From Candidatus Culexmicrobium thermophilum (GTDB lineage: Archaea; Thermoproteota; Methanomethylicia; Culexarchaeales; B10-G16), in assembly GCA_025061095.1 (NCBI GenBank), contig JANZKB010000002.1, positions 1 through 45,829 on the forward strand: a DNA stretch of 45,829 bases. Reading direction: 5' to 3'. The notes under the pieces were generated by a model, which did not search any database, was not told the origin of the DNA, and saw nothing but the letters and a program-made list of their open reading frames with translations. Below, piece by piece: positions 38,164-45,829 of this stretch; position 1 is the first letter of the stretch, and every line of letters starts with the position of its first letter. A program made the position numbers and the translations under genes.

Positions 38164-40266
38164 TTGAAAAAAATATATGTGCTGATAGGATTAGCATTGC
38201 TAATGTTGCAGGTCGTAGTGGCAATTCCGCCAACACTTGCAGGCGAAGCTCCTCCAGAGCAGCAGAACTGGCAATGGGAACCCTATGGTCCAAGAATGGA
38301 TGAATATCTATATTCCATAATAACCGATTATGATGCGCAGCTTATGGCGTTCAAGTCAGGTGAAATAGATACGTCATATATACAGGCGACAAGACTTGAA
38401 GAGGTTGAAAATGATCCAAACATCTATGTCTTATCTTATCAGACATTCAATCTTCAATTTCTAGGTATAAACACTTTGCAGTATCCATGGAACTATACGG
38501 CGATAAGACAGGCTGTTGCGCATCTCATTGATAGGGAGTGGATTATAAGGGAGGTTTTCCACGGCTTCGGCTATCCAACTTATTCGCCGATACCACCCGC
38601 CTTCGGAGCATGGTCAAATCCAAATGTGACAACATATCCTTACAGTAAGGAGCTGGCTAAACAGACACTGCTAGATGCAGGCTTCACATATGATGAAGCG
38701 GAGAATAAATGGTATGATCCCAATGGAAATGAACTGCCAACATTCTACATTCAAGTGCCACCAGCCGAGCAGGCTCCATGGCTCTTCCAAGAAGCCCAGC
38801 ACATAGTGGATGATGCTAAAAGCATAGGCTTACCACTAGATATAGAGGCTATAGAATTTCAAGCATTAGTCTCCCAAATATATTCCAAGACATTTAAATC
38901 ATTTTTATTGTATCTTATATGGGGAAGAATTCCAACATTGGCTTATGAACTTTTCAGAACTGGAGGCTCATGGAATTTCTGGGGGATAAGTGATCCTGAA
39001 CTGGATGAGTATCTCGAAAAGTTCTATTATAATACGAATATAACGGATGCTCAGCATTGGCTTTGGAAGGCTCAAGAAAAGGTTTCCAAGATTCTACCGT
39101 ACATTCCAATCTATATGGGACGTGCAAATGTAGGGTTCAGAACGGATATTGCAGGAGTAGTGTTAAATCAACCCGTCGGCGGCCAACACTACTTTACAAC
39201 TTTAGATGTACATAGAGTTTCAGCACCTTTCGGCGGAAGATTTAAAGATGCACTAGGTTCAGATCCAAGAGTTCTAAACCCATTTACAGCTATAACTGGA
39301 GATGAACAGGCCGTTATAGGAATGATGCTTGAACCGCTCTTCCTAGCCAATCCAGATCAAGTTTCATCTGATTATCCATGGCTGGCCAAGAAATGGACTA
39401 TAGAGAGTGTCGATATTAATGGTTCAAAAGGAATGAAGATCACGTTTTATCTTACGGATAATGCTACATGGCAGGATGGCGAAAAATTCACAGCCTACGA
39501 TGTTAACTTCACTTTATGGTTTATTAAAGAAAAGCAGCCAACACAGCTCTATGCTAAGGCATTTGAAAGCATGGTTAAGACAGAAGTTCCCGACGATTAC
39601 ACTATTTCAGTCTACATTAATGGGACAAGCTGGGCCTACCTGTATGATTTGAACGTTCTTATAGTTCCCCAACACATCTGGGGCAATACTACTCTGCTCG
39701 AAGAGAATGGTGGATGGGAAGCTTTCGATCCAAGCAAAGTGCCGCATCCCACAGTTCCAGAATTAACATGTCTGATTGGAACTGGACCATACATATTTAG
39801 CGAGAGAAAGCTGGGAGAATACATACTGTTAAAATGGTATCCCAATTATTGGAAGAGGCATCCTGAGAAATCCCTCACAATAACTGTTAATAAGTATGAT
39901 GAAGTGGTCTACTCAGGCGACAAATTATCTGTTCAATTTACATTGAAAGACTATCTTGGAAACGCTGTTACCAATGCCACTGTAACTATTGATGTTTTAA
40001 AGGATGGAAGTGTAGTAAAGTCGGTTACAGCGACACATACAGGCAATGGAGTATATTCTGCCAAGATTGACAGCGGAGGATTGGAAGGCGACTACACATT
40101 TAAGATTACAGCAGTTCAACAGATAAGTACAGGTGAGCTTAAGAGAAGCACCAGTGTAACTGTTACAGTTCTTCCAGTTTGGCAGAGATATTTACCCTAC
40201 ATTGGTGTCGGTATAGTGTTGATTATTGTAGCTGTTGTCCTAGCGATATATCTTAGAAGAAGATAA
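38164..40266 (+). CDS. oppA: Family 5 ABC substrate-binding protein (OppA/DppA-like), circularly permuted, with Ig-like domain and C-terminal TM anchor
   Basis: N-terminal signal peptide; IRQA.A..ID; PWLA..W; W.DG..FTA.DV.FT; GTGPY; NYW; C-terminal TM helix followed by RRR; many N-x-S/T sequons. Confidence 0.9.
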   Translation: MKKIYVLIGLALLMLQVVVAIPPTLAGEAPPEQQNWQWEPYGPRMDEYLYSIITDYDAQLMAFKSGEIDTSYIQATRLEEVENDPNIYVLSYQTFNLQFLGINTLQYPWNYTAIRQAVAHLIDREWIIREVFHGFGYPTYSPIPPAFGAWSNPNVTTYPYSKELAKQTLLDAGFTYDEAENKWYDPNGNELPTFYIQVPPAEQAPWLFQEAQHIVDDAKSIGLPLDIEAIEFQALVSQIYSKTFKSFLLYLIWGRIPTLAYELFRTGGSWNFWGISDPELDEYLEKFYYNTNITDAQHWLWKAQEKVSKILPYIPIYMGRANVGFRTDIAGVVLNQPVGGQHYFTTLDVHRVSAPFGGRFKDALGSDPRVLNPFTAITGDEQAVIGMMLEPLFLANPDQVSSDYPWLAKKWTIESVDINGSKGMKITFYLTDNATWQDGEKFTAYDVNFTLWFIKEKQPTQLYAKAFESMVKTEVPDDYTISVYINGTSWAYLYDLNVLIVPQHIWGNTTLLEENGGWEAFDPSKVPHPTVPELTCLIGTGPYIFSERKLGEYILLKWYPNYWKRHPEKSLTITVNKYDEVVYSGDKLSVQFTLKDYLGNAVTNATVTIDVLKDGSVVKSVTATHTGNGVYSAKIDSGGLEGDYTFKITAVQQISTGELKRSTSVTVTVLPVWQRYLPYIGVGIVLIIVAVVLAIYLRRR

Positions 40267-40277
40267 AATCAAACACT

Positions 40278-40291
40278 ATTTTTTTATTTTA
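40278..40291 (+). terminator. T-rich putative terminator between oppA and oppB
   Basis: T8-A-T4 tract just after the oppA stop. Confidence 0.45.
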
Positions 40292-40326
40292 TAATTAAAT
40301 TTATATGGTTAACTGGAGTTGGAAAT

Positions 40327-41325
40327 ATGAGTGTCGGCGGGGGAGGCCTATTAAAATATATGGGGAAACGCGCTGTTGACAGGATTGCAGTTGTACTCTC
40401 CTCTTTAACCCTTCAATTTCTCCTTCTCCGAGTTCTACCCTACTATGTGTTAGGTATAGATCCATCCTTCTTCTTCCTCAATCCAAATCTAACCGAGGCT
40501 CAAAGAGAACTTATTAGAAAACAGTTCGGTTTAGATGAATCTTTAGCCTCTCAATTCGTTAAATATGTTCTCTCCCTATTTACAGGTAATATGGGCTTCT
40601 CCTTCTATACGAGGAGACCCGTCTTCTCCGAGTTGATGGAGAGGCTTCCCAACACAGTTCTCCTTTTAGGTACAGCTACAGTTCTAACCATCATTATAGG
40701 TTTAATTGTAGGTATAATTGCAGTTTCTAAGAGGGGGACGAGATTTGATGCTTCAATTATAGGTTCAAGTATATTTGTAAGTGCCTTTCCCCTCTTCTAT
40801 GTCGGTTTACTTTTACTTCTAATATTCGGTTTCTATTTGAGATGGTTTCCAATAGCAGGAACAATTAGCAGACCTCCGCCAAGAGATCCAGTAATATATG
40901 TTGCTGATCTGCTCAGACATATGGCTCTTCCCCTAATCACCCTGCTCATTACAGGTATAGGGGGTTTTGCACTCTTCATTAGAAATCTCTTCTTAACACA
41001 GTTAGGTGAAGATTACGTTTTAACTGCAAGGGCGAAAGGGTTGAATGAAAGGGAAGTTATGGTACGCCATGTTCTGAGAAATGTGCTTGCCCCCGTCATA
41101 AATATTCTTGCCCTCGAATTTCCAGGCATAATTTCTGGAGCCGTCATAGTTGAAACCGTTTTCTCTTGGTATGGTGTTGGTAGATGGCTTTTCCAAGCTG
41201 CCACCCAGTTCGATTATCCAGTTGTACAGGCAGTTCTCTTCATCCAAGTAGCCTTAACAGTTGTCTCTCTATATATTGCTGATCTTATTATAGCTTTGAT
41301 TGATCCGAGGGTTAGATTGAGGTGA
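40327..41325 (+). CDS. oppB: Oligopeptide ABC transporter permease (OppB/DppB)
   Basis: FGLD..L..QF..Y, G.S....RPV, RLPNT, EAA-loop YV.TARAKG, ETVFSW.G.G, DPRVR. Confidence 0.95.
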   Translation: MSVGGGGLLKYMGKRAVDRIAVVLSSLTLQFLLLRVLPYYVLGIDPSFFFLNPNLTEAQRELIRKQFGLDESLASQFVKYVLSLFTGNMGFSFYTRRPVFSELMERLPNTVLLLGTATVLTIIIGLIVGIIAVSKRGTRFDASIIGSSIFVSAFPLFYVGLLLLLIFGFYLRWFPIAGTISRPPPRDPVIYVADLLRHMALPLITLLITGIGGFALFIRNLFLTQLGEDYVLTARAKGLNEREVMVRHVLRNVLAPVINILALEFPGIISGAVIVETVFSWYGVGRWLFQAATQFDYPVVQAVLFIQVALTVVSLYIADLIIALIDPRVRLR

Positions 41326-41329
41326 GAAC

Positions 41330-42766
41330 TTGGCTAGCATAAATACAACTAGAATCGAAGCTGTCAAATCATTTCTCTCTGAGCTTAAATTGCATAAAAC
41401 AGGGCTTCTAGGTCTAGGAGTTTTAATCTTGTATGTCTTCGTAGCAATTTTTGCCCCATGGATTTCGCCTGTAGGTCCAAATGAGACGGGGCTGGCCGAC
41501 AGTTATGCTTATCCCTCATGGTTTTCCATTTTTCCAGGCTATGAAAATCTGCCGAGAAATATAATTTTAAAATTGAGCTATGAGGATTGGCATGTTCTAC
41601 ATCAGAGTAATGGCCTTGAATACGTTGAGGAAAGCGATCTTTCAAAGATAAATGTGAAAAGTGGAAATGTCTCTACAGTTAAAGATCTCCTACTTGAATA
41701 TGCCTTCAATTATACTTTTAATCCGCCTAAAAGGTTTAGCGGTAAGATACCGTTCAAAGTTGAGATCAATCATGCTCTGGGAAGCTATGTTAGAATCAGA
41801 TGCTCCATAGTTACCCCTAAAGGTAGGGTTTACGAGGTTTATGACAGTCTGCCAATAGCTAATAATCTTACGAGATTGGAGACACCTGCAACCTATGATG
41901 CTCGAGACATTTCTCTTAAACTTAAATTGGGTTTTTCTCCGCATGATTATCTCGGTGAAAAAATTTTCAATTTGAAGGGCGTCTATAAACTTAGACTTTA
42001 CATTTCAATTTTCAGTGTTAAAGGAGATGGAGCGGTTAATGTTTGGCTCGGCGTTAATGAATTTAGAATTTACGGTATGCTCTACGGCATTCTAGGAACC
42101 GACAATCTAGGATGCGATCTTTTCTCAAATCTAATTTATGGAACCAGAGTTTCTCTCATGGTTGGTATTTTAGCGTCAGTTATATCAGTATCTATAGGCT
42201 TAGTTGTAGGAGTTATATCGGGCTATAAAGGTAGAATTGTAGATCAAATATTAATGTTCTTCACGGATACCCTGCTCTTCACACCGATCCTTCCACTTCT
42301 AATAGCTATAAGCGTGTTTGTTGGAAAGAACCTTTACTTAGAGATAGCTTTAATAGCTCTATTCAGTTGGATGGTCTTCGCTAGAAATACACGTGCATAT
42401 GTCATGTCTATTAGGGATAGTATGTTCGTTGAGTCTGCTAGAGCCATAGGAGCCCCAGACATTTACATAATTTTCAGACATATATTGCCGCAGCTGACTC
42501 CTATAATTTATATAAATCTAGTTATGAGAGTTCCTGGAGCCATTCTTCTCGAAGCTACATTAAGCTTCCTTAATCTTGGAGATCCATCTGTTCCATCTTG
42601 GGGAAGAATGCTCTATAATGCTAGATATGCAGGAGCCTTCTTCAGATTTATGTGGTGGTGGATAATTCCACCAGGATTGGCCATCACCTTTCTCGCATTA
42701 GCCTTCGTCCTTCTCGGAAACGCTTTAGATGCCATTCTCAATCCAAGATTGCAGGTTAGGCGTTAA
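41330..42766 (+). CDS. oppC: Oligopeptide ABC transporter permease (OppC/DppC) with large extracytoplasmic insert
   Basis: LGTD..G.D....L.YG.RVSL, FVESARA.GA, LSFL.LG....SWG.ML, WWW..PPG, L.NP. Confidence 0.94.
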   Translation: MASINTTRIEAVKSFLSELKLHKTGLLGLGVLILYVFVAIFAPWISPVGPNETGLADSYAYPSWFSIFPGYENLPRNIILKLSYEDWHVLHQSNGLEYVEESDLSKINVKSGNVSTVKDLLLEYAFNYTFNPPKRFSGKIPFKVEINHALGSYVRIRCSIVTPKGRVYEVYDSLPIANNLTRLETPATYDARDISLKLKLGFSPHDYLGEKIFNLKGVYKLRLYISIFSVKGDGAVNVWLGVNEFRIYGMLYGILGTDNLGCDLFSNLIYGTRVSLMVGILASVISVSIGLVVGVISGYKGRIVDQILMFFTDTLLFTPILPLLIAISVFVGKNLYLEIALIALFSWMVFARNTRAYVMSIRDSMFVESARAIGAPDIYIIFRHILPQLTPIIYINLVMRVPGAILLEATLSFLNLGDPSVPSWGRMLYNARYAGAFFRFMWWWIIPPGLAITFLALAFVLLGNALDAILNPRLQVRR

Positions 42767-42769
42767 CCT

Positions 42770-43654
42770 ATGTTTAAACTTAAATCTCCTCTTTCCTTTG
42801 TTCTCCTAAACCTGTTCTATTTGCTTTCACTTTCATATATACTTTTCAATAATGTTTTCAGTAGAGGGCTTTCAGAGCTCTCTCTCATATATGCTGTTCT
42901 CTTCGGCATTATTTCATTACTTTATGGATATGTTATCGGCGAATTGAAGAAGGCTTTCATAGGCTATGTGGCTTCCATATTTTTAAGTGTAGGTTTAACT
43001 ATGCTTTTAATTCGAGTTCCAGTTCAATGGAATATTGGGTGGATTGCGGCTGAGCTTGTTACAATGTGGTCTTTAAGGAACACGTTAATGTATCTCCTAC
43101 TAGTTCTCTCCCCCATATCCCTAATCCTAATTCCAATTGGAATTTATCTTTCAACCCTGCTTGGCAAACCATCCCAAATTAAATTTATATTTATACTAAT
43201 AACTTTACTTTTCTCTTCTCTTCTAGTCGTCAACTATGCCAATTATAATTGTGAAGTTTACTCCGTGAAGCTTTTAGATGTCAATGTGAAGAATGTGAAT
43301 CTATTCTTCAAGGGTGAACATGTATATGTTAATTTAACTTACTCCATGATGAATAGAGGAGTCAGCGTTCTTAAATGTTCAATGGTAATTTACAACATCT
43401 ATTTGGGAAATGAACTCTGCCGAGTTTACAGTGAGAATTTCCAAGGTTCAATGATCCTTTTAAACCCTTCAAACATTGTTGAGCGGAATGTGAAGATCGA
43501 AGTTCCAATGTTTAAACTTAAGAGAAATATGTTGCATGGATGTGTGAATTTATCGTTAACCTTTGAAGTTTATGTGAGATCAAGGTTCGGTGTAACTCCT
43601 ATAACTTATCATTATGCTGCTTTTCTGAAAGTTTCGCCACCTTTATCCCTGTGA
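42770..43654 (+). CDS. Hypothetical membrane protein (about 5 TM helices plus C-terminal beta-rich, LEA2-like domain)
   Basis: Starts 3 nt after the oppC stop; hydrophobic N-terminal half, alternating beta-strand C-terminal half. Confidence 0.7.
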   Translation: MFKLKSPLSFVLLNLFYLLSLSYILFNNVFSRGLSELSLIYAVLFGIISLLYGYVIGELKKAFIGYVASIFLSVGLTMLLIRVPVQWNIGWIAAELVTMWSLRNTLMYLLLVLSPISLILIPIGIYLSTLLGKPSQIKFIFILITLLFSSLLVVNYANYNCEVYSVKLLDVNVKNVNLFFKGEHVYVNLTYSMMNRGVSVLKCSMVIYNIYLGNELCRVYSENFQGSMILLNPSNIVERNVKIEVPMFKLKRNMLHGCVNLSLTFEVYVRSRFGVTPITYHYAAFLKVSPPLSL

Positions 43655-44129
43655 AATATTTTCCTTCAATGCCAATTATAGATGTGAAATAGTAGAGTTT
43701 CCCATTAATCCTCTTTTCAGTTTTCTTCGTATAGGTATAATGTGTCAGTTCTGATGATCCATGACCACAAATCACGCCTAATATCAATCCTAAACCTATC
43801 GTTGGATAAATTAGTATTATTAGAAAAGGCAATGTTACCATTACTATAATCTTCATGAGAAATTTATGATAGAAATTGCCACTATGCTCAGAAATTATAT
43901 ATCTATCCTTCTCTTCTAGTGCTTTAAGAATTTTCTTTGTGTTGAAAATTTTGTTTATAGTTAAAATAACATATGACGCGGCATATGAAAATATAAAACT
44001 GATTACATATTCTACTATTATCGTGTTGAAGAGAAGATAGAGTGCTGTAGCGGTTAGCAGAACAGTTCCCATAATCCTCATATATAACCCATTCTTTGAA
44101 AATGGATAGGGGGCGAGGATTTCTCTCAT
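43599..44129 (-). CDS. Hypothetical membrane protein (about 4 TM helices)
   Basis: 176-aa ORF with two hydrophobic hairpins, GGTGA RBS upstream, convergent 56-nt overlap with the previous gene. Confidence 0.65.
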   Translation of the reverse strand: MREILAPYPFSKNGLYMRIMGTVLLTATALYLLFNTIIVEYVISFIFSYAASYVILTINKIFNTKKILKALEEKDRYIISEHSGNFYHKFLMKIIVMVTLPFLIILIYPTIGLGLILGVICGHGSSELTHYTYTKKTEKRINGKLYYFTSIIGIEGKYFTGIKVAKLSEKQHNDKL

Positions 44130-44344
44130 TCATTCACCACTATACATTGTTAACATCGTAATGTTGATTAACTTATTGGTTTTATTTTGATTGAAAATTA
44201 AATTTTATTGGTTTACAATTTCTCTTCTCAAAGTTCATCTTTTATTTGAAATGTTTTAGGCGAAACTTTATGCGTAAAGTTTATTGGTTATTTAGTCGTC
44301 ACATTTACTGGATTGCCTTACATTTTAGCTTGGAGGTGATGTGA

Positions 44345-45064
44345 TTGTTTACTCCGCCTGGTATGGGCTATGACAGAGCTATCACAGTTTTCTCTCCTGA
44401 TGGCAGATTATTCCAAGTAGAATATGCTATGGAAGCCGTTAGAAAAGGGTTTACAACTTTAGGGATTAAATGTTCTGAGGGTATTGTTTTAGTGGCTGAA
44501 AAACGTAAACTTCTACCTTTAATCGATTTTTCCTCTCTAGAGAAAATCTTCAAAGTAGATGAACATATAGGTATGACTTATGCAGGCTTCCCTTTTGATG
44601 CCAGAGTTTTAATTGATAGAGCTAGGACTGAGGCTCAAATTAATAGGATTCTATATGATGAACCTATAGATGTTGAAGTTTTAACCCGTAAGATCAGCGA
44701 TATCATGCAGCTTTACACTCAGCATGGAGGTGTTCGACCATTCGGAGTTTCCCTTCTTATTGCCGGTGTTGATTTAAACGGTCCAAGACTGTTCATGACT
44801 GAACCTAGCGGTGCCTATGCTGGATATATGGCGAGAGTTATTGGAGCAGGTTCTCAACCTGCAACCGAATATTTAGAGAAAAATTATCGTCATGATTTAA
44901 CTCTTAATGAAGCTTTAATTCTAGGTATTAATGCATTAAAACCGGTCATAGAAGGGGCTCTTGAACCTCAGAAATTGGAGATAGGTGTTATAAGTATTAA
45001 AGATGGAAAGTTTAGAAAGCTAAGTGAAGATGAAATAGCTGGAAAGCTTAAACAAATAGGTTAA
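44345..45064 (+). CDS. psmA: Proteasome subunit alpha
   Basis: GYDRAIT.FSPDGRL.QVEYA.EAV, YTQ.GG.RPFG.S, EPSG; GGAGGTGA RBS. Confidence 0.98.
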   Translation: MFTPPGMGYDRAITVFSPDGRLFQVEYAMEAVRKGFTTLGIKCSEGIVLVAEKRKLLPLIDFSSLEKIFKVDEHIGMTYAGFPFDARVLIDRARTEAQINRILYDEPIDVEVLTRKISDIMQLYTQHGGVRPFGVSLLIAGVDLNGPRLFMTEPSGAYAGYMARVIGAGSQPATEYLEKNYRHDLTLNEALILGINALKPVIEGALEPQKLEIGVISIKDGKFRKLSEDEIAGKLKQIG

Positions 45065-45115
45065 ACTAATTTATATTTCTGTTTGCTTAAATTTTGTTGT
45101 GAGAGTGTGGACGAA

Positions 45116-45823
45116 TTGAGTGGAAGGAAGACTATAATTGCAAGATATGTTTCCAGGGGGGAGCGTTTCGAAATTCTCGTAGATCCCCATCTGGCTTGGA
45201 AATTTAAACGGGGGGAACCTGTAGATTTAAATGATATCCTGATAAGTGACATTATATATAAAGATGCTAAGAAAGGATTGAAAGCTTCTGAGGAATCCAT
45301 TAGAAAGGTTTTCGCCACTTCTAATATTAAAACTATAGCTTCAATAATAATTAAAAATGGAACTTTACAGTTAACTGCTGAGCATAGGAGGGAGCTCATA
45401 GAAGCAAAGAAGAGGAAGATCATAAACTTCATCTCTAAAAACTGTATTGATCCTAGAACAAATCTTCCACATCCTCCAAAGAGAATTGAGCTGGCAATGG
45501 AGGAAGTTGGCATCCCAATAGACCCCTTTAAACCTGCAGAGGAGCAGGCACTCGACATCATAAAGGCTTTAAGAAAGATTCTTCCATTAAAGATTGCTAG
45601 AATCACCATTAGAGTTCGATTTCCACCCTTCTGTGCTGGAAAGGCATATGGCTTCGTTTCTAAGTATGGCTCAATTCTTAAATCTGAATGGCTTCAGGAT
45701 GGATCCTGGCTCTGCGAAGTTGAGATGCCTGCAGGTTTACAGACAACGTTTATCTCCAAAGTTAACGAGATCTCTAAGGGTTCAGCTGAACTTGAAATTT
45801 TATCTCTGAGTAGGAGGTCCTAA
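45116..45823 (+). CDS. sbds: Ribosome maturation factor SBDS/Sdo1
   Basis: [41 protein letters not shown]. Start TTG 45116 or GTG 45107 is preferred over 45083. Confidence 0.96.
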   Translation: MSGRKTIIARYVSRGERFEILVDPHLAWKFKRGEPVDLNDILISDIIYKDAKKGLKASEESIRKVFATSNIKTIASIIIKNGTLQLTAEHRRELIEAKKRKIINFISKNCIDPRTNLPHPPKRIELAMEEVGIPIDPFKPAEEQALDIIKALRKILPLKIARITIRVRFPPFCAGKAYGFVSKYGSILKSEWLQDGSWLCEVEMPAGLQTTFISKVNEISKGSAELEILSLSRRS

Positions 45824-45829
45824 TTTGAG

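Larger units (their letters stand above)
31226..44300. other. ~13 kb accessory region interrupting the Pop5-psmA junction
   Basis: Flanked by genes that are normally adjacent. Contains a TA pair, pseudogenes, long AT-rich spacers and mixed gene orientation. Boundaries approximate; no integrase or direct repeats seen. Confidence 0.65.

Noticed and set aside
44130..44344. Search for an att-like duplication of the sRNA 3' end at the right island border
   Set aside because: No matching repeat found by eye; the region looks like divergent promoter DNA.

Overview
Archaeal chromosomal window, probably from a TACK/Thermoproteota-type lineage. This is inferred from gene order, the uS15 N-terminus and a DUF2118 gene; the exact taxon cannot be fixed from the sequence. 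About 32 kb is conserved housekeeping superoperon, almost all on the + strand: rpoD-L18e-L13-S9-rpoN-eno-S2-MEMO-mvk-ipk-fni-GGPPS-DUF2118-gltX; L7Ae-S28e-L24e-ndk-aIF5B-S6e-aIF2g-PIN-rpoE1-spt4-DUF359-S24e-kae1-bud32-ITPase; S15-DHH-pcc1-S3ae; a radical SAM/DUF2095 pair; ychF; a flavoprotein disulfide reductase; a 2-hydroxyacid dehydrogenase; and L15e-DUF54-Rpp30-Pop5 ... psmA-SBDS. The usually contiguous Pop5-psmA junction is split by about 13 kb of accessory DNA. It carries a VapBC toxin-antitoxin pair, two decayed genes, an S9 acylaminoacyl peptidase, an Opp/Dpp ABC transporter and two orphan membrane proteins. The most notable non-obvious items are: (1) a box C/D guide sRNA overlapping the Pop5 stop codon at the island edge; (2) a K-turn that sequesters the RBS and start codon of the L7Ae mRNA; (3) a circularly permuted OppA with an Ig-like stalk and C-terminal anchor; (4) a lipoyl/biotinyl-like lysine hairpin in the DUF2118 protein inside the isoprenoid operon. 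I found no CRISPR array, tRNA, rRNA, integrase or transposase, and I cannot claim a clearly new multi-gene system.
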